The notes beneath the pieces are model-generated. The model worked only from the letters and a program-made list of their open reading frames with translations, was not told where the DNA came from and ran no database searches. This document shows positions 41,491 through 53,800 of a stretch of DNA of 64,000 bases, one piece after another (position 1 is the first letter of the stretch; every line of letters starts with the position of its first letter). This DNA is from Carpediemonas membranifera BICM (lineage: Eukaryota; Protista; Fornicata): NCBI GenBank assembly GCA_019828565.1, contig JAHDYR010000029.1, forward strand, positions 115,509-179,508. The letters run 5' to 3'. Position numbers and translations under genes: made by a program.

Positions 41491-43093
41491 ATGTCCAGTG
41501 GAAACGTGCTCAAGTCAGAGGCTTCTGAAGAAAGGGGAGAGTTTTCCCACCAATCAACGTTCATTGGCGCTATTGCTATTGCCGATATGCTCAAGACGAC
41601 GCTCGGGCCCCTTGGCATGGACAAAATTCTCCAAAGCATGAGTGGTGTTGATTCCCTGACCATCACGAACGATGGAGCGACTATCCTGAGCTCTCTTTCT
41701 GTCGATAACCCCGCTGCGAGAGTTCTGATCAACCTCTCCACCACACAGGATCAAGAGATTGGTGACGGCACCACGAGCGTTGTCGTCTTCGCTGGTGAGC
41801 TCCTGCGCATGGCCGAGCAGCTCATTGCCCGCGGTATCCCCGTTCCCGTCATCCGCGAGGGCTACCAGCGTGCCTCTGCGGCCGCCCTTGCTGCGTTGAC
41901 TGAAAGCGCCAATGCCAACGACGGGAGCGAGGAGGCGTTCAGAGAGGAGCTCTTCCGCATCGCCATGACGACTTTGTCGAGCAAGATCCTCAACGTCGAC
42001 AAGAAGTTCTTCGCCAACATGGCCGTGGACGCCGTTCTTCGTCTGGGCGGGTCGACGAACCTCGCCAACATCCAGATCATCAAGAAGCTCGGCAAGACGA
42101 TGGAAGACTCCTTCCTCGACGAGGGCTTCATCCTTGACAAGCAGATCTCCGTCGGCTGCCCCGTAGACCTCAAGGCCGAGGACCCGGAGCACCCTCTGCG
42201 AGTCCTCGTCGCCAACACCTCTATGGACGCCGACAAGGTCAAGATCTTCGGCTCTAAGGCCAAGGTCTCGGGCGCCACCGAGCTGGCCGCCATCGAGTCC
42301 GAAGAGCGTCGCCGCATGCGCGACAAGTGCGCCCGCATCATGAAACACGATATCAACTGCTTCGTCAACCGCCAGCTTGTCTACAACCAGGCCGAGGAGG
42401 AGTTCGCGGCGAAGGGCGTGATGTGCATCGAGCACGCCGACTTCGACGGCATCGAGCGTCTCTCGCTCGTTCTCGACGCCGACATTCTCTCGACGTTCGA
42501 CACTCCCGAGAAGGCCAGGGTTGGCACGTGCCAGCGCATCCACGAGATCATGATCGGCGAGGACAAGCTCATCCGGTTCGCGGGCGTCCCCAAGAACCAG
42601 GCCTGTACCATCGTCCTCCGCGGCGCCTCCAAGCACCTCCTCGACGAGGCTGAGCGTTCCCTGCACGACGCCCTCGCCGTTCTCTCGCAGACGGTGAAGG
42701 ACAGGCACACATGCCTCGGCGCGGGCAGCTCCGAGATGCTCATGTCGCTCGCCGTCTCCCCGCGAGGCCGACGAGCGCGAGGACCTGACCCAGGTTGCGA
42801 TGAGGTCCTTCTCTCAGGCCCTCGAGAACATCTGCTTCATCCTCTGCGAGAACGCCGGGCTTGACGCCAACACCATCGTCGCGAAGCTGCACGCTGCCCA
42901 CGCTGGCGGGCACAAGACTGCTGGCATCGACATTGTGAACGGCTGCGTCGGTGATGCCCGCGAGCTTGGCATCGTCGAGGCCCTGAAGTCGAAGCGCCAG
43001 ATGGTCATGTCCGCGACGGAGGCGGCGTCCCAGCTTCTCAAGGTCGACAACATCATCCGGTGCGCGCCCCGCGAGCGGCAGCAGGGCCAGTAA
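41491..43093 (+). CDS. CCT2: T-complex protein 1 subunit beta; apparent +1 frameshift in C run 42758-42761 (probable sequencing error)
   Basis: EERGEFSHQSTFIGAIAIADMLKTTLGPLGMDKIL, TNDGATIL, GDGTTSV, DKVKIFG, C-terminus VDNIIRCAPRER. Confidence 0.95.
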
Positions 43094-43286
43094 ATATTGC
43101 CGTTTATTGTACGATCATCAGTCGTTGCGAATGTTCGGCTGAGAGCTGAAACAGGTGACTTGGTATTGCTATCTGTCGGTACCGGTGCCTGCTCCATGTG
43201 TCCGCTGACCTGTCCTGCGTGCGGATAATCAAATTTCACTCAGAAAATGATCTCGTCAACGAATAGCGAATCCAGCGAACCAGGGC

Positions 43287-46200
43287 ATGTACCCGGCTGG
43301 AACTGCACTTTCAGCCGCTGTGGATGCAAATCCAGCATCGCAGCATCAGCCGGCAGCTCTCCAGGCTGCAATAGTTCAGGCACCAGCGTTACAAGGGAAC
43401 TCAAGCATCGCCGGCGTTGATATCGATCGCATCCGTCAGCGTCTTGATCCCGAGCACAGAGCACAATTGGATGAGATTCTCGCTACTCAACGGAGACCAG
43501 CACCACCACCCCCGGTGGAGAACAAGAGCAACGTCCTGCAGGTCGAGATCGAGCGCACCAAGGAGGACCGCGATCGGGTACTTGGCCGCTACCCGCCTGC
43601 GGACAAGCGCACCGAGGACGAGCAGGCTCGGTACGACAAGCTGAAGGCCCACTACGACGCCCTCATCAGCCGTATGTCCTCGGCCCACGACAAGGACGCC
43701 ACCCGCACCGCACCGCCGCCGCAGCAGACCCCACAGCCGCCGCCCCCGGTGCTCCCAGCTCCCCAGCCGAAGCCCCAGTCCGCAGGCGCGGCCGCGGTCG
43801 CCAGTGCCAACGCCAACAGCGTCGTGCCTCGTGCCACAGCCCTTGTTGCCCCCAAGCCTGAGCTTGGCACCCAGACCGCCAACCGCCCCGTGAACCCGCT
43901 CATGGAGGCCCGGCAGTTCCTGGGATTCATCCAGGAGAAGTACCGGCATGATTCAGAGGTGTACGCGGAGTTCGTCAAGTCCATGCAGGATTACCGCCGC
44001 AAGGTACTATCGACACTAGAGGTGGTGATGAAGTTCCGGCAGTTGGTCGGGGCGGACCCCTCGATCCTGACGAAGTTCAACGCCTTCCTGCCCGAGAAGT
44101 ACCGCTTCGACGACCAAGGGAACTATTCCGAGCACGTCAAGGCCAAGATGAAGAAGCGTCACATCTTGGACTCCACCCCCGCCCCGACCGAGACCCGCGC
44201 CGCAGTGGCCGCGGCCGTGACTAAGTCTGCCCCAGCTCCCCGACCGATCCCGGACGAGCCTGGTCCCGAGTTCAACTTCTCAGAGGAGACCCGGATGACT
44301 ATGATGCGGGTTGCCCGAGATTACATCATGCTGGTACGTCGCAAGCTGTTCGGGCCGGCGGTGTCAGAGACCGTTGCCGCCAAGGACCAGAAGCTGTACA
44401 ATGCATTCCTGGACGTCCTCAAGCAGTACCGTCAGCAGCAGATCAGGACGCTGGGCGTGGTGCAGACGATCGACACGCTCTTCAGAAGCCACCCCGACCT
44501 CCGCCACGGCTTCCTGGTCTTCCTGCCCGAGGACTGGAAGCAGTACACGATCGACACGTACAACTGGCCCGCCACTGAGGATGAGGCCCAGGAGCAGGTC
44601 GCCAAGCAGGCCGCCAAGGGCAGGAAGCGCCGCAAGCAGTACGTGTACTACGCCGAGTCTGGGTCCGAGGACCTCGACGAGGAGATCAACGCCGCCCGGG
44701 CCGCCGCATCCAGGTCTTCCCGACGCCGCCAACTCGCGGCCAAGACAGTTGTGGTCAACCCGCCCTCGCCGGTCCCCACCCGCGAGCGGATGCCGCACTC
44801 AGACTGGTTCTCCTATGCCCTGTACACTGTGATCGAGGACGCCATGGCCGACGCCTTCCTGCAGTACTCCAAGGAGAACGTCAGCGACGACGTCATGACC
44901 CAGCTGGGGCCTCTGTATGTCTTTGACGAGTCCGGCACGATCGTCTCAGTCCACAAGGAGGGTTGGGCTGCCTGCTTCGCGGAGGTCATCTGCAACGGCC
45001 TGCTCCAGGCCAAGACGCTTCAGACCCACATGGAGTTCTTCGACGAGCACAAGCCGGCCTTCATGGCGCTCTTCCAGCCCTTCACAGCGACCAACGTGCT
45101 CGAGCAGTACGACATGACGCCCACCACCATGTTTGACGAGCTCTCGATCCTCTTCACCAACACCGACCTGGTCGATCCCCGCCTCATGGTCGGCCGCAGC
45201 ACCGCCCTCAAGGCTAGGGGCTCCCTCGCCATCAAGCTGCAGCAGTACCTCGACGCCCGGTCCCAAACCCCCGATGCAGAGGGGCAGGAGGAGGCTGACA
45301 CTGCAGATTACGCCCTCTACCACCCCATCGGGCTCTACGGCGCCTCCGTGGACGCCCTGCTGCGGTTGTCGAACGACACTGGCCGGCACCTCGCCCCCTT
45401 CGACGCCCGTATCCGGGAGCTGACAGTCTCCCGGCCGGTGGAGCCCGACCCCTTCGCCACGCTGCTCCGCCTCATCCCACACGACATGGTCACCCGCAGC
45501 GGCGTGTACAAGGCGAAGAAGCCCCACCGCCAGACGGTCATCGACCGCCTCCGCACGTGGCAGCGGCACGACCGGTCCTACGTCAAGCAGCCCGACAGCG
45601 AGCGGGCCCCCGTGTCCACCGGCATGGACAGCGTCGGGGAGTCTGTGCTCAACACAACGTACCGCACCATCCCGTACTACGCCTTCGACGAGCTCGATAA
45701 GACCGACAAGAAGGCCAAGGCCGCCGCTGAGTTCGACGAGGAGGCTGCCTCGCGCCACTCTGCCTCCAACGTCTGCGTCACCAACGCCGCCTGCGACGAC
45801 CTCGCCTTGCTCGAGGACGAGCGCCTCGTGCACGACATCCACATCAAGCGGACTGAGATCGTCCTCGACAAACTCAAAGCGTACCAGCGCGTCCGGCCCA
45901 CGACGCCCGGCATCCTCGGCGACGTCGACATCCACCACCTCTCCTTCATCTACGGCCCCAGCGCCCCCGAACTGATGGAGCTCATCCGGACCCGACCAGA
46001 CAAGGTCGTGCCCGTGCTCGTCAGCAGACTCGAGGCCAAACTCGAGTTGATGCGGTCGCAGGTGGACGATCTCATGGGGACGTGGTACAGGAGGGCGGCC
46101 ATCGCCTGGCCCCGGTCCTGCGATCTCGAGGGCAACAGGTTCAGATACAGGGACCGCCGCACACTCAACGCCCGCACGCTGCTGCTCGACCTCCTGTTCC

Positions 46201-47699
46201 GCACGGAGCACACCGCGGCGGACTCGGACAAGGAGGTGCGGCACGACTGGCTCGCACAGTCGAACTACGTGACCCACCTCATGTCCGTCCAGGGCAAGGA
46301 GCTCGACGAGTGGAGCACGTTCGACATCTGCACGCACCTAGACGACCTGGCCCCCACGCGACCCGTGTCCCAGCGGTGGCCCGACCTCTCTGTCGCCTCG
46401 ACACTGCGGTCCATGCCTACGGAGGAGGAGGTCGCCGCCTCGGGATTCACCATCTCCATCGAGGGCGCACGCAAGGTCAGACGCCTCCTGCGGGATGACC
46501 TCGGCCAGTTCCTCGGGCTCGACCAGGAGACCGTCTCCTCTGGCCTGGTCGACGGCAACGACGCCCGCACCGCCGCTGCCCCCAAGACCTCCAGGGCCTA
46601 CCGCGCCCTATTCACAGTTGCCGAGCAGGCCCAGTCGGCCCCCAACTCACCAGAGCACGAGCGGGACGACGACGCGTTCACACCCGACGGCGAGGCGGAC
46701 ACGATCCGGCTGAAGACGAGGCCACGGCGTGCTCGCCGGTCGATGCCCGAGAAGCGCCCCCACATGGCGAACGACGAGGACTCTCTGGACGACCGCGACG
46801 ACGAGTCGGACCCCCGCGCCCGCAGTGACGCTGAAGCCCCCGCCGCCCAAACTGTGGCCGCCACAGAGGCGTTTAACCTCCGCGCCGTCGTTACGGCACT
46901 CCAGGCGAACTCCACGCCCGGCACCCTACCCGCGCTTGCCCTCAACACCACCTCCGCGGACGCCGTGCGGGCAGCGGTGCACTGCGTCATCACCACGGCC
47001 TCAAGCAACAACAAGGCGCCGTGCCAGTACGTCTGCGCCGCTGTGGGCAACCGTCTGCTCGCCCCCGATGCCGAGGACGTCACCATGGTGGTCTCTGCCC
47101 CGCTGTACGCCATGATCCGCATGGTGTGGGCCCTGGCGAGTCGGTTCGACCTCGTCGTGGATGCCGCGGCCAGCAACATCCGCGACAGGTTCAAGGGCCT
47201 GGCGCCCGAGGTCTTCGTCCAGCGTTGCCGCGACAGCATCCCCGTCGACCCCGATCCCGCTGTGCCGGAGGGCGAGGCCGGCATCCGCATGGCCACCCGG
47301 GACGACATCATCGCCCACAAGCGCGCCCCCCAGACCTTCGTAGAGATCGAGCGCAAGCCTGTGAGCCGCAGCGACATCCTGCAGGAGTGCCAGCGGTCGA
47401 TCGAGCGGGTCTGCTCGAACCACGTCGAGCAGGCCGAGTTCGAGGACCACGGGCGGGCTGTGTGCGGGCCCCACGCCTATCCCATATGGACAGCACGGCG
47501 CCTCATCAGCCACGTCCAGAAGCTCGCCACGAACCTCTATGCGTGCCCCTGGTCGCGCTGGCAGCTCGCTCTGTTGGCCGGTGCTGACGAGGGTGACAGC
47601 GGTCTACCCTTCCCTTCTCTATCAACGGCGAAGGATGACGCGCCCAACTTTGTGGCGATTGAGAAGAAGGCCGGCATGCTTGGGGCCTGGCTGGTTTGA
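43287..47699 (+). CDS. SIN3: Sin3-like paired amphipathic helix co-repressor (two clear PAH domains + HDAC-interaction domain)
   Basis: EARQFLGFIQEKY...VYAEF...FNAFLP and ARDYI...LYNAFLDVLKQY...HPDLRHGFLVFLP (PAH); RSY...SVLN...LEDER...VVPVLVSRL (HID). Confidence 0.85.
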   Translation: MYPAGTALSAAVDANPASQHQPAALQAAIVQAPALQGNSSIAGVDIDRIRQRLDPEHRAQLDEILATQRRPAPPPPVENKSNVLQVEIERTKEDRDRVLGRYPPADKRTEDEQARYDKLKAHYDALISRMSSAHDKDATRTAPPPQQTPQPPPPVLPAPQPKPQSAGAAAVASANANSVVPRATALVAPKPELGTQTANRPVNPLMEARQFLGFIQEKYRHDSEVYAEFVKSMQDYRRKVLSTLEVVMKFRQLVGADPSILTKFNAFLPEKYRFDDQGNYSEHVKAKMKKRHILDSTPAPTETRAAVAAAVTKSAPAPRPIPDEPGPEFNFSEETRMTMMRVARDYIMLVRRKLFGPAVSETVAAKDQKLYNAFLDVLKQYRQQQIRTLGVVQTIDTLFRSHPDLRHGFLVFLPEDWKQYTIDTYNWPATEDEAQEQVAKQAAKGRKRRKQYVYYAESGSEDLDEEINAARAAASRSSRRRQLAAKTVVVNPPSPVPTRERMPHSDWFSYALYTVIEDAMADAFLQYSKENVSDDVMTQLGPLYVFDESGTIVSVHKEGWAACFAEVICNGLLQAKTLQTHMEFFDEHKPAFMALFQPFTATNVLEQYDMTPTTMFDELSILFTNTDLVDPRLMVGRSTALKARGSLAIKLQQYLDARSQTPDAEGQEEADTADYALYHPIGLYGASVDALLRLSNDTGRHLAPFDARIRELTVSRPVEPDPFATLLRLIPHDMVTRSGVYKAKKPHRQTVIDRLRTWQRHDRSYVKQPDSERAPVSTGMDSVGESVLNTTYRTIPYYAFDELDKTDKKAKAAAEFDEEAASRHSASNVCVTNAACDDLALLEDERLVHDIHIKRTEIVLDKLKAYQRVRPTTPGILGDVDIHHLSFIYGPSAPELMELIRTRPDKVVPVLVSRLEAKLELMRSQVDDLMGTWYRRAAIAWPRSCDLEGNRFRYRDRRTLNARTLLLDLLFRTEHTAADSDKEVRHDWLAQSNYVTHLMSVQGKELDEWSTFDICTHLDDLAPTRPVSQRWPDLSVASTLRSMPTEEEVAASGFTISIEGARKVRRLLRDDLGQFLGLDQETVSSGLVDGNDARTAAAPKTSRAYRALFTVAEQAQSAPNSPEHERDDDAFTPDGEADTIRLKTRPRRARRSMPEKRPHMANDEDSLDDRDDESDPRARSDAEAPAAQTVAATEAFNLRAVVTALQANSTPGTLPALALNTTSADAVRAAVHCVITTASSNNKAPCQYVCAAVGNRLLAPDAEDVTMVVSAPLYAMIRMVWALASRFDLVVDAAASNIRDRFKGLAPEVFVQRCRDSIPVDPDPAVPEGEAGIRMATRDDIIAHKRAPQTFVEIERKPVSRSDILQECQRSIERVCSNHVEQAEFEDHGRAVCGPHAYPIWTARRLISHVQKLATNLYACPWSRWQLALLAGADEGDSGLPFPSLSTAKDDAPNFVAIEKKAGMLGAWLV

Positions 47700-47828
47700 A
47701 TAAAGCTTGATGATGTCGTTTTCACGCGATGGCAAGCAAATGGGTGGGGGTTTGGCTTGGTTTCTACTGTTTACTGGTACCATAAATCAAAAATGTAATT
47801 TTCCGATCGAAAAATTTTGAAGCGCTAC

Positions 47829-50800
47829 ATGGTGGAAGTGCTGGACGCAGTGGTTATCAGTGGATCCATAACAATACTACTTCTGATTCTAGTACTTGCA
47901 TTCTTTTTAACCTGTAGTTTAGTGTTCCTAGTCATGTTCTGTAGCATTCATTTCCTTATCCGCAGAAAGAAGCGGAAGATCCTTAATCCGAACAGATCCG
48001 CGCAACAAGCGCAATCAGCTGATGTTCAACAAACCGCAGGGCTTGCGGAGAGTCCTGTTTCTCAATCCCAGCCCTCAGAGTACGCCGAGGAGTACCCCCC
48101 TGTCGAGGACATGGCCGAGCTGCCTGGAGTCGTGGCGGATGTCGCAGCAGCACCGGTAATCATGCATCCCATGAGTTACAGAGGAGATTTCACACCACCG
48201 GAGTCACCCACCCCCGCCGAGCCCGTCAAGAAGGCCGTGCCAAAGCGCGATGAGGCTGACGATATTCGTCCCGGCGTGGTTGTTTCCGATGCTGTGGCTC
48301 AACCCCATCCCGAAGAGATCAAGCCAGCGTCGCCCGGCCCCGCTGCGAAGCGGTCCGTTAGGTTTGGCGACGAGCTTGTTGCTGAGACCGTAACTGAAGA
48401 CGCTGTGGCTCAACCCCATCCCGAAGAGATCAAGCCAGCGTCGCCCGGCCCCGCTGCGAAGCAACCCGTCAGATTTGGCGATGAGCTTGTCGCCGAGGTC
48501 GTTACCGACAATGCCATGCCCCGCGGCCCTCGTCTTGACGAGATCAGACCCAGCTCGCCCAACCCTGCTGCCAAGCGTCCTGTCAACTTTGGCGACGAGC
48601 TTGTTGCTGAGGCGGTCACCGACGATCATATGCCGGTTGACGACGATGTCGACGAGATCCGCGCCTCGCCAAGCCCTGCACACCCGATGAGCTTTGTTGA
48701 CGACCTCGAGACTGCTGCCGCTGACTCTCGCTCTGCCGTGAAGTCTGCCGTCCAGATGGATGGCTCGCATGATGTTGGCGCCATCCGCCCCGGCGTGGTT
48801 GTTTCCGATGCTGTGTCCCACGCTCAGCCCGGCGAGATCAGACCCGACTCACCCGGCCCCGCTGCGAAGCAACCCGTCAGATTTGGCGATGAGCTTGTCG
48901 CCGAGGTCGTTACCGACAATGCCATGCCCCGCGGCCCTCGTCTTGACGAGATCAGACCCAGCTCGCCCAACCCTGCTGCCAAGAGCGACTCGGCCGAGTT
49001 CAGCTCCGCAGTCAGGTCGACTGTCCAGACTGCTCAGATGGACGGCATGCGCGACATGGGCGCCATCCGCCCCGGCGTGGTTGTTTCCGACGCTGTGTCC
49101 CACGCTCAGCCCGGCGAGATCAGACCCGACTCACCCGGCCCCGCTGCGAAGCAACCCGTCAGATTTGGCGATGAGCTTGTCGCCGAGGTCGTTACCGACA
49201 ATGCCATGCCCCGCGGCCCTCGTCTTGACGAGATCAGACCCAGCTCGCCCAACCCTGCTGCCAAGAGCGACTCGGCCGAGTTCAGCTCCGCAGTCAGGTC
49301 GACTGTCCAGACTGCTCAGATGGACGGCATGCGCGACATGGGCGCCATCCGCCCCGGCGTGGTTGTTTCCGACGCTGTGTCCCACGCTCAGCCCGGCGAG
49401 ATCAGACCCGACTCACCCGGCCCCGCTGCGAAGCAACCCGTCAGATTTGGCGATGAGCTTGTCGCCGAGGTCGTTACCGACAATGCCATGCCCCGCGGCC
49501 CTCGTCTTGACGAGATCAGACCCAGCTCGCCCAACCCTGCTGCCAAGAGCGACTCGGCCGAGTTCAGCTCCGCAGTCAGGTCGACTGTCCAGACTGCTCA
49601 GATGGACGGCATGCGCGACATGGGCGCCATCCGCCCCGGCGTGGTTGTTTCCGACGCTGTGTCCCACGCTCAGCCCGGCGAGATCAGACCCGACTCACCC
49701 GGCCCCGCTGCGAAGCAACCCGTCAGATTTGGCGATGAGCTTGTCGCCGAGGTCGTTACCGACAATGCCATGCCCCGCGGCCCTCGTCTTGACGAGATCA
49801 GACCCAGCTCGCCCAACCCTGCTGCCAAGAGCGACTCGGCCGAGTTCAGCTCCGCAGTCAGGTCGACTGTCCAGACTGCTCAGATGGACGGCATGCGCGA
49901 CATGGGCGCCATCCGCCCCGGCGTGGTTGTTTCCGACGCTGTGTCCCACGCTCAGCCCGGCGAGATCAGACCCGACTCACCCGGCCCCGCTGCGAAGCAA
50001 CCCGTCAGATTTGGCGATGAGCTTGTCGCCGAGGTCGTTACCGACAATGCCATGCCCCGCGGCCCTCGTCTTGACGAGATCAGACCCAGCTCGCCCAACC
50101 CTGCTGCCAAGAGCGACTCGGCCGAGTTCAGCTCCGCAGTCAGGTCGACTGTCCAGACTGCTCAGATGGACGGCATGCGCGACATGGGCGCCATCCGCCC
50201 CGGCGTGGTTGTTTCCGACGCTGTGTCCCACGCTCAGCCCGGCGAGATCAGACCCGACTCACCCGGCCCCGCTGCGAAGCAACCCGTCAGATTTGGCGAT
50301 GAGCTTGTCGCCGAGGTCGTTACCGACAATGCCATGCCCCGCGGCCCTCGTCTTGACGAGATCAGACCCAGCTCGCCCAACCCTGCTGCCAAGAGCGACT
50401 CGGCCGAGTTCAGCTCCGCAGTCAGGTCGACTGTCCAGACTGCTCAGATGGACGGCATGCGCGACATGGGCGCCATCCGCCCCGGCGTGGTTGTTTCCGA
50501 CGCTGTGTCCCACGCTCAGCCCGGCGAGATCAGACCCGACTCACCCGGCCCCGCTGCGAAGCAACCCGTCAGATTTGGCGATGAGCTTGTCGCCGAGGTC
50601 GTTACCGACAATGCCATGCCCCGCGGCCCTCGTCTTGACGAGATCAGACCCAGCTCGCCCAACCCTGCTGCCAAGCGTCCTGTCAACTTTGGCGACGAGC
50701 TTGTTGCTGAGGCGGTCACCGACGATCATATGCCGGTTGACGACGATGTCGACGAGATCCGCGCCTCGCCAAGCCCTGCACACCCGATGAGCTTTGTTGA

Positions 50801-53800
50801 CGACCTCGAGACTGCTGCCGCTGACTCTCGCTCTGCCGTGAAGTCTGCCGTCCAGATGGATGGCTCGCATGATGTTGGCGCCATCCGCCCCGGCGTGGTT
50901 GTTTCCGATGCTGTGTCCCACGCTCAGCCCGGCGAGATCAGACCCGACTCACCCGGCCCCGCTGCGAAGCAACCCGTCAGATTTGGCGATGAGCTTGTCG
51001 CCGAGGTCGTTACCGACAATGCCATGCCCCGCGGCCCTCGTCTTGACGAGATCAGACCCAGCTCGCCCAACCCTGCTGCCAAGAGCGACTCGGCCGAGTT
51101 CAGCTCCGCAGTCAGGTCGACTGTCCAGACTGCTCAGATGGACGGCATGCGCGACATGGGCGCCATCCGCCCCGGCGTGGTTGTTTCCGACGCTGTGTCC
51201 CACGCTCAGCCCGGCGAGATCAGACCCGACTCACCCGGCCCCGCTGCGAAGCAACCCGTCAGATTTGGCGATGAGCTTGTCGCCGAGGTCGTTACCGACA
51301 ATGCCATGCCCCGCGGCCCTCGTCTTGACGAGATCAGACCCAGCTCGCCCAACCCTGCTGCCAAGAGCGACTCGGCCGAGTTCAGCTCCGCAGTCAGGTC
51401 GACTGTCCAGACTGCTCAGATGGACGGCATGCGCGACATGGGCGCCATCCGCCCCGGCGTGGTTGTTTCCGACGCTGTGTCCCACGCTCAGCCCGGCGAG
51501 ATCAGACCCGACTCACCCGGCCCCGCTGCGAAGCAACCCGTCAGATTTGGCGATGAGCTTGTCGCCGAGGTCGTTACCGACAATGCCATGCCCCGCGGCC
51601 CTCGTCTTGACGAGATCAGACCCAGCTCGCCCAACCCTGCTGCCAAGAGCGACTCGGCCGAGTTCAGCTCCGCAGTCAGGTCGACTGTCCAGACTGCTCA
51701 GATGGACGGCATGCGCGACATGGGCGCCATCCGCCCCGGCGTGGTTGTTTCCGACGCTGTGTCCCACGCTCAGCCCGGCGAGATCAGACCCGACTCACCC
51801 GGCCCCGCTGCGAAGCAACCCGTCAGATTTGGCGATGAGCTTGTCGCCGAGGTCGTTACCGACAATGCCATGCCCCGCGGCCCTCGTCTTGACGAGATCA
51901 GACCCAGCTCGCCCAACCCTGCTGCCAAGAGCGACTCGGCCGAGTTCAGCTCCGCAGTCAGGTCGACTGTCCAGACTGCTCAGATGGACGGCATGCGCGA
52001 CATGGGCGCCATCCGCCCCGGCGTGGTTGTTTCCGACGCTGTGTCCCACGCTCAGCCCGGCGAGATCAGACCCGACTCACCCGGCCCCGCTGCGAAGCAA
52101 CCCGTCAGATTTGGCGATGAGCTTGTCGCCGAGGTCGTTACCGACAATGCCATGCCCCGCGGCCCTCGTCTTGACGAGATCAGACCCAGCTCGCCCAACC
52201 CTGCTGCCAAGAGCGACTCGGCCGAGTTCAGCTCCGCAGTCAGGTCGACTGTCCAGACTGCTCAGATGGACGGCATGCGCGACATGGGCGCCATCCGCCC
52301 CGGCGTGGTTGTTTCCGACGCTGTGTCCCACGCTCAGCCCGGCGAGATCAGACCCGACTCACCCGGCCCCGCTGCGAAGCAACCCGTCAGATTTGGCGAT
52401 GAGCTTGTCGCCGAGGTCGTTACCGACAATGCCATGCCCCGCGGCCCTCGTCTTGACGAGATCAGACCCAGCTCGCCCAACCCTGCTGCCAAGAGCGACT
52501 CGGCCGAGTTCAGCTCCGCAGTCAGGTCGACTGTCCAGACTGCTCAGATGGACGGCATGCGCGACATGGGCGCCATCCGCCCCGGCGTGGTTGTTTCCGA
52601 CGCTGTGTCCCACGCTCAGCCCGGCGAGATCAGACCCGACTCACCCGGCCCCGCTGCGAAGCAACCCGTCAGATTTGGCGATGAGCTTGTCGCCGAGGTC
52701 GTTACCGACAATGCCATGCCCCGCGGCCCTCGTCTTGACGAGATCAGACCCAGCTCGCCCAACCCTGCTGCCAAGAGCGACTCGGCCGAGTTCAGCTCCG
52801 CAGTCAGGTCGACTGTCCAGACTGCTCAGATGGACGGCATGCGCGACATGGGCGCCATCCGCCCCGGCGTGGTTGTTTCCGATGCTGTGTCCCACGCTCA
52901 GCCTGGCGAGATCAGACCCGACTCACCGGCCCTTGCTACCAAGGTCGACTCTGACGTCCCCTCGGTGCGGCCGACAGTGCAAGCGGCCCAGATGGACGGG
53001 ACCAGACCCGTCAAGGCTATTCGTCCTGGCGGTGTCGTGGTGACCAGCGCAGTCTCAGACTCGCCCAAGCTTGATGAGATCAGACCCGACTCGCCCAGTC
53101 CCGCCGAGAAGCAGCCCGTCAGCTTTGGCAGCGAGGTTGTTCCCGGAGTGATCGAGACAGACGAGATGATGCCAACGTCCCGACTCGACGAGATCAGGCC
53201 CGCCTCCCCCAAGGAAACCGGGCCACCCGCCCTCGACTTCGGCACCGCTGTCCGCCCGACCGTGGCCGTTATCATGGACGCCAAGGGCGATGAGGAGCCG
53301 ACCAAGCCCACTGTCTTCGGGGAGCCCCGCACTATTGGCGAGACTGTCGCCCGCCCGACGAGCTGGACGACTGCCAGCATTCCCCGTCCAGCGCCGACCC
53401 GCACCCAGCCCGAGCCTGCTAATGTCATCGTCCGGCCAGCCCGCGACTCCATGGCGTCGTCGGCATCGCAGTCCGCCTTTACCGGGCACTCGGCCTTTAT
53501 CCAGATCGGACGGAAACCCGCCCGTGACATTGCGGAGATGGGGACCGTGGATGTCGAGCCAGTCGAGCCGACCCGCGTCGGAAGCCCGCGCGAGTCCGAC
53601 GTCGACGACGAGCAGGAGGACGCCTCCCCCGCCCTCTCGCACCAGTACACGAACGACGAGGCATTCATCTCCAAGCCGCGGCTCAGCTCGGAAGCCATGT
53701 CGCCCCGCGCGTCCCCGGAGCTCAGCATGCGGCCTGTGCTCGCCACGGATGTCCAACCCGCCTGGATGGAGGCGCCCCGCCCCAGTCAGCAGGCCCTGAA

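Noticed and set aside
42758-42761. CCT2 frameshift as a real pseudogene or recoding site
   Set aside because: One extra C in a C run within an essential, otherwise intact gene; no slippery heptamer or intron signals. Most likely an assembly error.
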